Assembly (NCBI GenBank): GCA_041742965.1
Contig: JBGTNQ010000004.1
Span: 716 to 64,715, forward strand
Length of the DNA: 64,000 bases
Direction of reading: 5' to 3'
Origin: Minisyncoccia bacterium
GTDB taxonomy: Bacteria; Patescibacteriota; Minisyncoccia; Phycocordibacterales; Zambryskibacteraceae
Shown one piece after another: positions 9,386-19,226 of the stretch. A program made the position numbers and the translations under genes. Every line of letters starts with the position of its first letter. The first letter of the stretch is position 1. The notes under the pieces are model-generated. The model was given only the letters and a program-made list of their open reading frames with translations. It did not search any database and was not told the DNA's origin.

Positions 9386-9787
9386 ATGGTACTTTCAGTA
9401 ATAATCGCATCAGTAGCAAGTATGGTATTTGGTTTTATTTGGTTTTCACCAATACTGTTTGGAAAAAAGTGGATGGAGCTTTCTGGTCTTATCACAGAAA
9501 GTATGTCTCTGATGAAAGGACATGGTATGGCAAAGATCTATATTGGAAACTTTGCAATGGAAATTATTACCGCTTTTGTACTTTTTAATTTTCTGAGAAT
9601 ACTTGATGTATCATCTAGTGCCGGTGGTGTAGAAATAGCTCTTTGGCTGTGGTTTGGTTTTGTGTTACCAATAGAAGTGGGCCAGACATTGTGGATGAAG
9701 AAACCTATAATGTTACTTTTGATTAACTCTCTTCACAGGCTTGGCTCAATAACCATAATCGCCCTAATACTAACTTCTTTCTTTTAA
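9386..9787 (+). CDS. DUF1761-family membrane protein
   Basis: GFIWFSPILFGKKW motif, 4 TMs. Confidence 0.85.
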   Translation: MVLSVIIASVASMVFGFIWFSPILFGKKWMELSGLITESMSLMKGHGMAKIYIGNFAMEIITAFVLFNFLRILDVSSSAGGVEIALWLWFGFVLPIEVGQTLWMKKPIMLLLINSLHRLGSITIIALILTSFF

Positions 9788-9789
9788 AA

Positions 9790-10917
9790 ATGTTTAGAAA
9801 AACCATTTGCCTTTTCTTATTTGTCTTTTTTTTAATTCCGACTATTTCCTATGGCCAAAATGAACTGCATGAGGACATTCAGGGAGTGTGGAGGTCTGAA
9901 GTTATTGAGATCTTGGACCAAGATACGCGCCTAGTCCCCGGCACAGATACAGAAACAATATTTCAAACAATTCGTGTCGAGATACTTGAAGGAGATAGGA
10001 AGGGAGATATAGTTACCGTAGAAAACGACTATCTAGCTCTTGAAAAGGGAGATGTCTTTTTTATGAACTACCTCATAACAATAAACGGGGATGAGATATA
10101 TTCTGTGGGAGATGTAGACAGGAGAGGGGTCCTTGTTTTCTGGGTAGCAATCTTCTGCTTGGTAGTTTTAGCTTTGAGTGGTAAACAGGGTGTCAGATCA
10201 CTTTTGAGCTTGGCTGGAAGTCTCTTTGTAATAGTTTACTTTCTCCTTCCTGGTCTTTTATCTGGCATGTCTCCTGTAATACTGAGCACACTTATTGCTG
10301 GTGCAATATTGTTTTTTGGTATATATGTAACCCACGGATTTAACAGAGAATCTTCAGTGGCTTTTGTGGGCACGGTCTCTGCTGTTGTAATGACCAGTTT
10401 TCTGGCTCATATAGCAGTAACAACGAGCAAATTGTCCGGTTTTGCTTCAGACGAATCAGTGTTTTTAAATGTGGTTACGCGTGGGTCTTTAAATTTTGAA
10501 GGTTTGCTTCTCGGTGGAATCATAATCGGTATCTTGGGCGTACTAGACGACATTGCTGTAACTCAAGTGGCTATAGTGAGGGAACTTTTCAAAACAAACC
10601 CAAATCTTACAAAGAGAGAGGTCTATGTAAAAGCAATACGCATCGGAAAAGAGCATGTCGGGGCCCTAGTAAACACACTGGCCCTTGCTTACACTGGTGC
10701 CTCCCTTCCCCTTCTTCTTCTGTTTTCAAACTCTACATCAAACCCAGGAATGATATTGAACGGAGAAATAATTGCTACAGAAATAATACGAACGATTATC
10801 GGAAGCATCGGCCTTGTTATGACGGTTCCTATTACCACTCTACTTGCTGTCCATTTCTTGAAAGACTACGACGGAGAAACTCATATGCACCATTCACATC
10901 ACGGGCATACACATTAG
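9790..10917 (+). CDS. YibE/F-family membrane protein with His-rich C-terminus
   Basis: GILGVLDDIAVTQ, VNTLALAYTGASLPLLL; tail HMHHSHHGHTH. Confidence 0.9.
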   Translation: MFRKTICLFLFVFFLIPTISYGQNELHEDIQGVWRSEVIEILDQDTRLVPGTDTETIFQTIRVEILEGDRKGDIVTVENDYLALEKGDVFFMNYLITINGDEIYSVGDVDRRGVLVFWVAIFCLVVLALSGKQGVRSLLSLAGSLFVIVYFLLPGLLSGMSPVILSTLIAGAILFFGIYVTHGFNRESSVAFVGTVSAVVMTSFLAHIAVTTSKLSGFASDESVFLNVVTRGSLNFEGLLLGGIIIGILGVLDDIAVTQVAIVRELFKTNPNLTKREVYVKAIRIGKEHVGALVNTLALAYTGASLPLLLLFSNSTSNPGMILNGEIIATEIIRTIIGSIGLVMTVPITTLLAVHFLKDYDGETHMHHSHHGHTH

Positions 10918-10935
10918 TTTGTTATAATATAGGCT

Positions 10936-12015
10936 TTGAATAATCATACATCTTGGCATTTATATAATAAGACTGAAGACGCTTGGCTCTCAATGAAAGA
11001 AGCGTGTATAAATGCACAAAAAACAATAGACATAGAACAATATATCATTGAGAAAGACGATATCGGGCAAGAGCTTTTTGAACTTCTGGCCAGCAAACAG
11101 AAAGAAGGTGTGCATGTACGAATACTCTGTGACATGGTCGGGAGCTACTCTTTTTTTGCATCTGATTTACCCAATGCGCTGAGAGATGTGGGGGTTAATG
11201 TTCGCTTCTTCAACATAATAAAACCTTGGCGAATTCATTCATTTTTTTCTTGGTTCTTTAGGGACCATAGAAAAATTATGGTTGTCGATAATAATGTAGG
11301 CTTTATAGGTGGAGTAGGGTTTAGAGACGATATGAGGGATTGGCGTGATACGCATGTCAAAGTTATAGGGCCGGTAGTTAAAGAAATGCGTTTGGCCTTT
11401 GAAGAGATGTGGGAAACCGCGGGCAAGGAAAATTTCTTCAGAAGGATGGAGCGGACAAGGAAATTTATCCCTGGATTCAACTTCCTTACAAATTCACCAT
11501 TCGTTAGAAAAAGGTTCATCTATAGAAATATAATTTCTACATTAAAAAACGCCCGTAAATACGTATTCATCACAACACCGTATTTTGTACCAGATCGAAG
11601 ATTAAGAAAGGCCTTTATCCAAGCATCAAAAAGAGGGGTGTCTGTACAAATACTTATACCAAAAACATCAAATTATTTGGTTATCGACCGCGCCTCTAGA
11701 ACATGTTTTGATCAACTCTTATCGGCAGGAGTGAGAATATTTCTATACCAAGGAGAAATGCTTCACGCCAAAACCGCGGTCTCCGACGACACGTGGGCAA
11801 GTATTGGCAGTTTCAACCTAGATTCTTTGAGTTGTTTCTATAACTACGAAGCAAATATAATATCTACAAAACCTGAGTTTATCCTTGAGTTAAGAGATTT
11901 TTTTGAACATGATTTAAAACTAGCCGAAGAGGTGTCTCTAGATGGTTGGAGGGAAAGATCCAAAATACAGAAGTTTTATGAACTACTCATATACCCATTT
12001 CGTAGATTCTTATAA
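10936..12015 (+). CDS. cls: cardiolipin synthase-like phospholipase D family protein
   Basis: Two HKD motifs (HRKIMVVD, HAKTAVSD), TPYFVP. Confidence 0.88.
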   Translation: MNNHTSWHLYNKTEDAWLSMKEACINAQKTIDIEQYIIEKDDIGQELFELLASKQKEGVHVRILCDMVGSYSFFASDLPNALRDVGVNVRFFNIIKPWRIHSFFSWFFRDHRKIMVVDNNVGFIGGVGFRDDMRDWRDTHVKVIGPVVKEMRLAFEEMWETAGKENFFRRMERTRKFIPGFNFLTNSPFVRKRFIYRNIISTLKNARKYVFITTPYFVPDRRLRKAFIQASKRGVSVQILIPKTSNYLVIDRASRTCFDQLLSAGVRIFLYQGEMLHAKTAVSDDTWASIGSFNLDSLSCFYNYEANIISTKPEFILELRDFFEHDLKLAEEVSLDGWRERSKIQKFYELLIYPFRRFL

Positions 12016-12087
12016 ATAAACGCCGTATTGTTCAAAAAGCTTTAAAATGCTATACATAATGGGATATTATCGATTAACATATATTCA

Positions 12088-12603
12088 TTGAGCTACACAA
12101 AAATCAATCACCAAATTAAAGCACCTGAGCTGCGCATTATAGGGCCAGAGGGAGAGAACTTCGGAGTAATGAAGTTATCGGATGCTTTAAATAAAGCGCA
12201 AGAGCTAGACTTTGACTTGATAGAGATATCTCCAAACGCAAACCCTCCAATCGGAAAGATAATGGATTATGGCAAGTATCAATATGCTGAAAACAAAAAG
12301 CAAAAAGTTGCAAAATCAAAAACCCACTCTGTAGAAGTCAAAAATGTGCAAGTCAAAGTCGGCACCGGCGAACATGATCTAAGCCTTAAAGCGAGAAAGG
12401 CCTCAGAGTGGTTAAAAGAAGGTCATCGTATAAAAGTAGATTTATTCCTGCCAGGAAGGACGAAATATATGAATGAAAGCTTTCTAAAAGAGCGCCTTGA
12501 TAGAATTTTAAAGCTAATTACAGAAGACTTTAAAGTTGCGGATAGTCCTAAAAGAAGTCCGAAGGGGCTGTCAGTAATAATAGAAAGAGGAAACTCTAAG
12601 TAG
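12088..12603 (+). CDS. infC: translation initiation factor IF-3 (non-ATG start: TTG 12088 or in-frame ATT 12073)
   Basis: INHQIKAPELRII, PPIGKIMDYGKYQY, GEHDL; upstream of rpmI-rplT. Confidence 0.95.
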   Translation: MSYTKINHQIKAPELRIIGPEGENFGVMKLSDALNKAQELDFDLIEISPNANPPIGKIMDYGKYQYAENKKQKVAKSKTHSVEVKNVQVKVGTGEHDLSLKARKASEWLKEGHRIKVDLFLPGRTKYMNESFLKERLDRILKLITEDFKVADSPKRSPKGLSVIIERGNSK

Positions 12604-12709
12604 TTTCGTGGGCGTATAATCAAAATCTAACAGCCTGATTAATAAATACTGTTGGACTAGACAAAACCCTAAAAACAAGTAATATAGAGTGCCGTGGCTT
12701 AAAAATTAT

Positions 12710-12904
12710 ATGGCAATAAAGACAAACAAATCATACTCAAAAAGGCTGAAAGTAACAAAAAACGGCAAGATTCTAAGTAGAAAAGCTGGACAAAACCACT
12801 TCAACGCTAAAGAGTCTCGTAGACGAAATCAGCTTCGTAAAAAAAGGACTGATGGTCTTGTCATTTCTAATAAATCAAAAAGTAAGTTTTTGGTAAATAT
12901 ATAA
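12710..12904 (+). CDS. rpmI: 50S ribosomal protein bL35
   Basis: KTNKSYSKRLKVTKNGKI...HFNAK; synteny. Confidence 0.92.
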   Translation: MAIKTNKSYSKRLKVTKNGKILSRKAGQNHFNAKESRRRNQLRKKRTDGLVISNKSKSKFLVNI

Positions 12905-12908
12905 AAAT

Positions 12909-13253
12909 ATGACTAGAGTAAAGAAGGGAGTAAATGCACTAAAAAATAGGAGAAATGTCCTAAAACAAGTAAAAGGATACCGTTTTGGTCGTGGCACCAA
13001 AGAACGACAAGCAAATGAGGCAATATTCCATGCCGGTACATATGCATTTGCTCATAGGAGAGACAAAAAAGGAGACTTCAGGAGACTTTGGAATGTACGC
13101 ATCAATGCAGCTCTCAGACCTTTGGGACATACATATAGTAAGTTTATTGATGCTTTAAAAAAGAAAAATATCGAACTAGACAGAAAAATTCTCTCGGAAC
13201 TGGCAGAAAATAACCCAGAAACATTTAAGAAAATTGTTGAGAAAGCTTTCTAA
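12909..13253 (+). CDS. rplT: 50S ribosomal protein bL20
   Basis: MTRVKKG, FRRLWNVRINAA, LDRKILSELA. Confidence 0.97.
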   Translation: MTRVKKGVNALKNRRNVLKQVKGYRFGRGTKERQANEAIFHAGTYAFAHRRDKKGDFRRLWNVRINAALRPLGHTYSKFIDALKKKNIELDRKILSELAENNPETFKKIVEKAF

Positions 13254-13290
13254 ATCAAAAGTCCCACTTAAAAAGTGGGACTTTTGATTT
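13252..13290. terminator. bidirectional terminator
   Basis: aaatcaaaagtcccactt-aa-aagtgggacttttgattt. Confidence 0.8.
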
Positions 13291-13303
13291 ATTGCTGAAA
13301 TAA

Positions 13304-14674
13304 CTAAAGAATACCTTTGTTACCCTTTTCTGGAACAACAACTTCAATATTGAAATTATCTCGCAATCTCTGAGCTAAAAATAAAGATGACTTTGGCTCA
13401 CCCATAACTACAAAAACTTTTTTCAACCTTCCTAAAGCTTTTTCTATAAAATCTACTAAAGCATCTGAATCTTTGTGAGCCGAGTAACCAGATATATTTT
13501 CTATCCTTGCTCTAACTTGAACCTTCTCTTCGTGAATAACAACCTCTTTCATCCCTTCTTCAAGCTTTCTTCCCAAAGTTCCTATGGCCTGATAACCCAT
13601 CAAAAGTATAGTGTTATTTGGATTTGGTAGATACCTTGCCTCATGATCAACGACCCTTCCGGCTGTAGACATTCCGGAACCAGCAATAATAATCTTAGGA
13701 GATGGGACGGATTCTATGTGCTGTGACTCTGCCACTCGAGCAGTTTCCTTAAATTTAGGAAAGTGAAAAATCTTATCTCCCCCCTGAATATCCCTCTTTA
13801 CCTCATCGTTATAGTGCCCAATCATTCTTTCATATATATCGGTTAGTCTAATAGCCAATGGAGAATCTAAGAAAACTGGAAGTGGGGAAATAGCTCCTGA
13901 TTCAACTAGATTATTAATCTGATAAACAATAATCTGAGCTCTCTCCAAAGAAAAAGCCGGTATTACTAGTGTGCCCTTGCGGGAGATAGTCTCTTTTATT
14001 ATCTCAACAAATCTTTTTTCCCTTACATCTTTAGGTTCATGGTTTCTGTCACCATATACACTGTCTATGACAATATAATCAGCATCATTAACAAACTCCG
14101 TGTCTTTGACCAAGGTTGACGGAGAGTTTCCGAGGTCACCAGTAAACAAAATTGTTTTTTTATTACCATCTTTTTCAGTTATAGAAAATAAAAACATTGA
14201 AGAACCTAGTATATGTCCGGCATCTTTAAGTGTGACACTGAGATTTTTACTAACAGTGTGGGGGGCATGATAAGAAAGAGTCTTCCATAGAGAAAACGCG
14301 CGAGTAACATCAGCCGTTGTGTATGGAGGCAAGGTCCCGTTGGCACGAGCCTCAGAATCAGCAATACGGGCTGCGTCAGCAAGCATAAGTTCTGCTAGCT
14401 CTTTTGTTGGTGCGGTGGAAAAAATAGTTCCCCTAAATCCATCCTTAACAAGTTTTGGTATTCGTCCTATATGATCAATATGTGCGTGAGTAACAAAAAG
14501 AAAATCTATACTATCTGGATTATATGGGAAATCTGCTTTATTAAAACTCTCAGCCTCCTTGAGGCCCTGAAGCATGCCGCAATCAATAAGAGCCCTGAAC
14601 CCTTCTCCTTCTAAGAGAAAATTCGCACCTGTTACTGTCCCAACGCCACTAAAAAAAGTTACTGATGATGACAT
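13304..14674 (-). CDS. MBL-fold beta-CASP ribonuclease (YSH1-like)
   Basis: THAHIDHIGR, AGHILGS, FTGDLG, IPAFSLERAQ, YSAH. Confidence 0.92.
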   Translation of the reverse strand: MSSSVTFFSGVGTVTGANFLLEGEGFRALIDCGMLQGLKEAESFNKADFPYNPDSIDFLFVTHAHIDHIGRIPKLVKDGFRGTIFSTAPTKELAELMLADAARIADSEARANGTLPPYTTADVTRAFSLWKTLSYHAPHTVSKNLSVTLKDAGHILGSSMFLFSITEKDGNKKTILFTGDLGNSPSTLVKDTEFVNDADYIVIDSVYGDRNHEPKDVREKRFVEIIKETISRKGTLVIPAFSLERAQIIVYQINNLVESGAISPLPVFLDSPLAIRLTDIYERMIGHYNDEVKRDIQGGDKIFHFPKFKETARVAESQHIESVPSPKIIIAGSGMSTAGRVVDHEARYLPNPNNTILLMGYQAIGTLGRKLEEGMKEVVIHEEKVQVRARIENISGYSAHKDSDALVDFIEKALGRLKKVFVVMGEPKSSLFLAQRLRDNFNIEVVVPEKGNKGIL

Positions 14675-14675
14675 A

Positions 14676-15062
14676 TTACTTGTCCTTAAATTTCGAGGAG
14701 TATTTTATAGCAATATAAGCCCCAATTAATCCGAATAAAATATCACCTATGGTATCTAAAATATAACTTCCATGAGTCAAGGCGAAACCATTTACATACT
14801 CAAAAATTTCCCAAACTATGGCCACAATCAAAACCCCAGCGATAGTCAAGAAAAGCACTGACCTAGAAGAGATGCTATGAAAAAGGCGGTAAAGGATAAA
14901 AACGATGAGAAGTCCTAGAACAAAACCAGTAAGTGTGTGCAAAAGTATATCAAACCACCAGTAAATCCAATAGAAATAATTCTCAAGAGCTATTGTATGT
15001 AAAAAATACACAAGAATGGATAGGAGTAGAGTGGGAACAAGTATGGCTCTAAATTGATTCAT
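14676..15062 (-). CDS. small membrane protein (VanZ/DUF2238-like)
   Basis: WWFDILLH, WEIFEY, DTIGDI motifs; 4 TMs. Confidence 0.75.
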   Translation of the reverse strand: MNQFRAILVPTLLLSILVYFLHTIALENYFYWIYWWFDILLHTLTGFVLGLLIVFILYRLFHSISSRSVLFLTIAGVLIVAIVWEIFEYVNGFALTHGSYILDTIGDILFGLIGAYIAIKYSSKFKDK

Positions 15063-15121
15063 ATACAGATATTAAGTATACCAAACGAGCGCCCCACCGC
15101 CTTTAGGGCGGTGGGGGTATC

Positions 15122-15274
15122 GATGGGGGTTATAAGCATTATTCCCTAGTACGAATACTTAGGTGGGTGTCCGCAATCTTGAACTTCGGATCCCGAGGGT
15201 TCAACCAGATCAAGATAATGTTAGACTCCCTGAATATAGCTTTGATCTAGAAAATATAACTAATAACCCTTATC
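15122..15274 (-). ncRNA. ssrS: probable 6S RNA
   Basis: Ends pair (agggttat/ataacccc); GGGAGTCT and CACCCACCT motifs resemble Firmicutes-type 6S; apical ttgaac..gttcaa stem; TTGCAT-N16-TATAAT promoter just upstream on minus strand; hairpin 15091-15117 downstream. Confidence 0.62.
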
Positions 15275-15420
15275 ACAATTATAGAACTACAAACACACAA
15301 TGCAAACTTTTTGGAGCATTAAGAAACATAACAGTAAAAAAGTAAAAATAAATATTAAAAAAATGAGTTAAAAAGGGAGTTTTTAAAAATAGAATAAATT
15401 AAAAAGGTAATTTTAATATT

Positions 15421-15460
15421 AAAAACAATTCCAGAGCTTTTATGCTCTGGAATTGTTTTT
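15421..15460 (-). terminator. intrinsic terminator
   Basis: aaaaacaattccagagc/gctctggaattgttttt inverted repeat. Confidence 0.75.
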
Positions 15461-15477
15461 AAACCTTATATTATTAA

Positions 15478-15636
15478 TTACTTCTTTGAAGGAAGAATTT
15501 TATACATACCCGTTCCGCAGACTGTGCAGGTCCCCTTTGCAGCTGGACGACCTGGCTTTATTTCAACTTGCTGAACATCCTTCATTTCTCGCTTTTCCTT
15601 ACATTTCACACAGTACCCAATTATTTGTTCTGTCAT
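15478..15636 (-). CDS. 52-aa zinc-ribbon protein (DUF5679-like), not in ORF track
   Basis: MTEQIIGYCVKCKEKREMKDVQQVEIKPGRPAAKGTCTVCGTGMYKILPSKK; two CxxC; TGgTATACT 6 nt before ATG. Confidence 0.85.
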   Translation of the reverse strand: MTEQIIGYCVKCKEKREMKDVQQVEIKPGRPAAKGTCTVCGTGMYKILPSKK

Positions 15637-15856
15637 GTGTGTAGTATACCACACTTGAAAAACAATTCAACCGAAATATACCCATATTTTTAGACCCTTT
15701 CACTCAACCCGTTATAAATATGCTATAGCATATTTATAACGGGACTTGATATTTTCCTATTTTGAGCCATTTTCCCCAGTACTTATACATAGGGTAGTCC
15801 TATGTATGGGCATTTGCTCCATATTCAATATTCCTCATTCCATATTCTTCACCACA

Positions 15857-16453
15857 CTACTCCTTTATTCCATCAACATTTACGTCGTAAAGCATGGTCT
15901 CCTGTATCAAACGGTAGTTAGTGACCTCATCCTTTCCAAACCAAATATCAATCTCTCTAATTGCTTCGGAAACCTGGTCAGAGCAATGTATAAGATTCCT
16001 AACGGCCCTTCCGTTCACATTAGCAGCATCATAAGAATCTAGGGTGAAATCGCCTCGGATAGTTCCGACATCTGAGGTTAAGGGCTCCGTGCCTCCAACA
16101 AGCTTTTTAACAATACCAACCGCCTGATTACCTTCTACAACCATTGCGACAACCGGACCCAGGGTCATGTAATGAAAAAGTGCCTCTAAAACATCGCGAC
16201 CGTATTCAAGGGCGGTCTTTTCTGCCTTATCTCCATTTTTTTCTATATTCTCAATAGTACGAGTACCAACTTTTTCACACCACGCATCGTCTTTTCCATA
16301 ATGCTCTACAGCCTGTTCTTTTGTTGGAACAAACATCTTTAAAGCTGTTATTTTAAGTCCGGTTCTTTCAATACGACGAATAATCTCACCAATCAAAGTT
16401 CTCTGAATTCCATCGTGCTTAATAATTACAAATGTTTTTTCTTTCTGTGGCAT
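15857..16453 (-). CDS. ndk: nucleoside-diphosphate kinase
   Basis: EKTFVIIKHDG, GTIRGDF, NLIHCSD. Confidence 0.95.
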   Translation of the reverse strand: MPQKEKTFVIIKHDGIQRTLIGEIIRRIERTGLKITALKMFVPTKEQAVEHYGKDDAWCEKVGTRTIENIEKNGDKAEKTALEYGRDVLEALFHYMTLGPVVAMVVEGNQAVGIVKKLVGGTEPLTSDVGTIRGDFTLDSYDAANVNGRAVRNLIHCSDQVSEAIREIDIWFGKDEVTNYRLIQETMLYDVNVDGIKE

Positions 16454-16507
16454 AAAAAATTATTAATTTAAAATTAGAGCTAGAGCATAACAAAGCTCTA
16501 CTAAAAA

Positions 16508-17281
16508 TCAAAGTCCTTCTGTGAGAATGATGGGGTCACCATCTGTAATAGCTATGGTGTGCTCAAAATGGGCGCTGTTGCTTCCATCTCTGGTCTTAAA
16601 GGTATATCCATCACCTTTCGCCACTATGGCCCCAGAGCCCAAAACGAGCATGGGCTCAATGGCAATGACCATACCTGACCGAAGCCTCTCTCCTCTCCCC
16701 TTTATACCCACATTTGGGATATATGGGTCTTCATGGACAGCATAACCAACACCATGACCTGCAAGATCTTCGGCAAGGTTAAGTTTCAATTTTTTAGAGA
16801 CCTTCTTTATAGCGGAGCCGATGTCCCCAACTCGTCTACCCCCCTTGGCCGCGTCTATGCCGGCATACAGTGCTTCTCGAGTCCCCTTTATAAGAATCTC
16901 GTTCTCTTTTGATATTTTTCCAACACCCACCGTAATGGCCGAATCAGTAATAAGGCCCTTATGTGAGAGGCCCAAATCCAGGGCGACAACATCACCGTCT
17001 TTTAAGATTTTTGGTTTCTCATTTGGTATACCGTGAACAATCTCATCATTCACAGAAACACAAAGCACGGCTGGGTAAGGTCTCTTGGCACCTTCTGGCG
17101 TATAGTTTAAAAAAGCAGATTCGTCTCCACCCTCTTTTACAAGACGGTAGGCGAGTTCGTTTAGTGTGGCAGTACTTACTCCAGGTAAGGTTTGTTTCGC
17201 TATCTCAGAAAGTATGTGTGCATGTCTAGCACCGCCAACTTTTAAAATCTCTATTTCTTCAGGAGTCTTTATGGTAATCAT
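16508..17281 (-). CDS. map: methionine aminopeptidase type I
   Basis: SVNDEIVHGIP, GHGVG..VHEDP, AIEPM, SAHFEHT. Confidence 0.97.
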   Translation of the reverse strand: MITIKTPEEIEILKVGGARHAHILSEIAKQTLPGVSTATLNELAYRLVKEGGDESAFLNYTPEGAKRPYPAVLCVSVNDEIVHGIPNEKPKILKDGDVVALDLGLSHKGLITDSAITVGVGKISKENEILIKGTREALYAGIDAAKGGRRVGDIGSAIKKVSKKLKLNLAEDLAGHGVGYAVHEDPYIPNVGIKGRGERLRSGMVIAIEPMLVLGSGAIVAKGDGYTFKTRDGSNSAHFEHTIAITDGDPIILTEGL

Positions 17282-17874
17282 TTAGATATGAATGGAAGGA
17301 CAGAAAGAATATCAGAATGCACTTTTTCTATGGATTGTTCGCCATTAATTTCATAAAAATGATTTTCCGAATTTTTGAAATATTCAATAGCAGGAAGAAC
17401 ATCTGCGTCAAACCAATCCAACCTCTTATTTACAGCATCTTCGGTCACATCATCAAACCTACCCCTCTCTTTTAAACGATCTTTTGACCAGTCTCGAGTA
17501 ACATTTAGGTGAAAGATATAGACTTTCTCCATATTCAAAAAAGAAAGCGCTGATTCAAGAATTTTTGCTTCATTTACAGAACGAGCTACACCATCAAGGA
17601 TTAAGTGTGATGGCCCTTTTAACTCATTGATAATCATATCTGACCACATATGAGCTCCCAAAAAATCTGGTTGACGGTCATTATTTTCGTATACAGATTT
17701 AGAAAGACCAGCCACAAATCCATCTGATTTTATAAAAGAGCGGAACCTGTCTCCTGTCTCTACATAAAAAATAGGCAGAGATGAATCTTTTGCCAAAAGG
17801 CCCTTTAGTAAGTGCGCTTGAGTGCCTTTTCCGCACCCAGAGCGACCAATGAATATGAAAGCGTTAGGATTCAT
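17278..17874 (-). CDS. adk: adenylate kinase (short, LID-less)
   Basis: GRSGCGKGTQ P-loop, ILDGVAR; between secY and map. Confidence 0.88.
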   Translation of the reverse strand: MNPNAFIFIGRSGCGKGTQAHLLKGLLAKDSSLPIFYVETGDRFRSFIKSDGFVAGLSKSVYENNDRQPDFLGAHMWSDMIINELKGPSHLILDGVARSVNEAKILESALSFLNMEKVYIFHLNVTRDWSKDRLKERGRFDDVTEDAVNKRLDWFDADVLPAIEYFKNSENHFYEINGEQSIEKVHSDILSVLPFISK

Positions 17875-17876
17875 AA

Positions 17877-17948
17877 ATAGCTTATAGCTTATAGCTTATA
17901 GCTTATAGGGCTCAAAAGCTAGCAACTATAAGCTAAGAACTAAAAGCT
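17877..17948. repeat. heptamer tandem array (ATAGCTT x4) followed by degenerate inverted copies
   Basis: atagcttatagcttatagcttatagcttatag then ctataagctaagaactaaaagct. Confidence 0.85.
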
Positions 17949-17951
17949 GTC

Positions 17952-19223
17952 TTAGTATTCTCTAGCAGTAATCTGCGCTTCAACTTTCTTAATTAAATCA
18001 ATCACCACAGAAACAACAATGAGAAGAGCTGTGCCACCAATAGCAAGAGATTGAATACCGGTAATACTTCTCATAATAAGGGGTAGAACCGCTATAAGCC
18101 CCAAGAAGAGCGCTCCGACGAGGGTCAGGCGTGTAAGAATTTTCGCAATGTATTCGGACGTAGAAACACCTGGCCTAACCCCGGGAATAAACGCCCCATT
18201 CTTTTGCAAATTGGTAGATATCATATCTGGGTCAAATGTGACAGCGGTGTAAAAATATGTGAAAGCAAATACCAAAATGAAATATGAAATAGCGTAAACC
18301 CATTGATTGGCTATAGCATTCAAAACAAAACCGGACACGGAAGCCAAAGTAACATTGGTTGAACCAGCAAGGAAACTAAATATCATCTGCGGAAAGAGGA
18401 GGATTGAAAGTGCAAAAATGATAGGAATAACGCCGGCCTGATTAACGCGTAAGGGAAGATACGTGGAGACACCACCAAAAACTTTTGACCCCCTAACTCT
18501 CTTGGCATAAGTAACAGGAATGGGTCGCTCTGCTTCTGTAATAACCACAACACCAAATATGATGGCGACGGCAGCCACAAGAAAAGCTAAGTAAAGAGGA
18601 ATTTGAGATGGATCAAATCCGAAGTAGGTCTGGGCCAGAATCTGAGGCAGACTGGCAACAATACCAGCAAAGATAATTATGGATGTCCCGTTTCCTACTC
18701 CAAACTCAGTAATGAGCTCGCCAATCCACATTATAAGAACTGAACCAGCAGTGATAATTATCAGGTTTGTAATCATATCAAAACCACTCATCGGAGAGAT
18801 AACCCCCTGCCTAGTAAGAAGAGTTAGGAAACTGAAACCCTGAATAACTGCCAACGGAACAGTGAGCATTCTACTGTATTGAGAAAACTTCTTACGACCA
18901 ATTTCCCCTTCTTCCTGATGCATTGCTTTAAGCCTCGGAAATATGATCGTGGAAAGTTGCATTATGATTGAAGCGGTAATAAACGGGCCCATACCAAGCA
19001 TAATGATGGAGAGATTAGAAAAACCACCACCAGAAAAAAGATTAAGTAGCCCTAAGAACTCATTTCCAGAAAAGAAACTCTGCAACCTAGAAGCATCAAC
19101 ACCCGGTACGGGTATGGTTGCCAAGAGACGAAACAATACAAGTGCCCCTAAAACAAAAAGTATTCTATTCCGAAGAGTAGTATCTGATATTATGAGACGT
19201 ATCTTTTGGAAAAAAGTATTCAT
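17952..19223 (-). CDS. secY: preprotein translocase SecY
   Basis: LGMGPFITASII, GVGNGTSIIIFAGI, FIPGVRPG, GGTALLIVV. Confidence 0.98.
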   Translation of the reverse strand: MNTFFQKIRLIISDTTLRNRILFVLGALVLFRLLATIPVPGVDASRLQSFFSGNEFLGLLNLFSGGGFSNLSIIMLGMGPFITASIIMQLSTIIFPRLKAMHQEEGEIGRKKFSQYSRMLTVPLAVIQGFSFLTLLTRQGVISPMSGFDMITNLIIITAGSVLIMWIGELITEFGVGNGTSIIIFAGIVASLPQILAQTYFGFDPSQIPLYLAFLVAAVAIIFGVVVITEAERPIPVTYAKRVRGSKVFGGVSTYLPLRVNQAGVIPIIFALSILLFPQMIFSFLAGSTNVTLASVSGFVLNAIANQWVYAISYFILVFAFTYFYTAVTFDPDMISTNLQKNGAFIPGVRPGVSTSEYIAKILTRLTLVGALFLGLIAVLPLIMRSITGIQSLAIGGTALLIVVSVVIDLIKKVEAQITAREY

Positions 19224-19226
19224 TGT

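Noticed and set aside
15163-15644. Plus-strand ORFs 15163-15345 and 15453-15644; riboswitch in the GC-rich patch near 15510-15556
   Set aside because: Better explained by the minus-strand 6S-like RNA and the 52-aa CxxC protein.
17877-17948. CRISPR array
   Set aside because: The units are 7 bp with no spacers, and there are no cas genes in the window.
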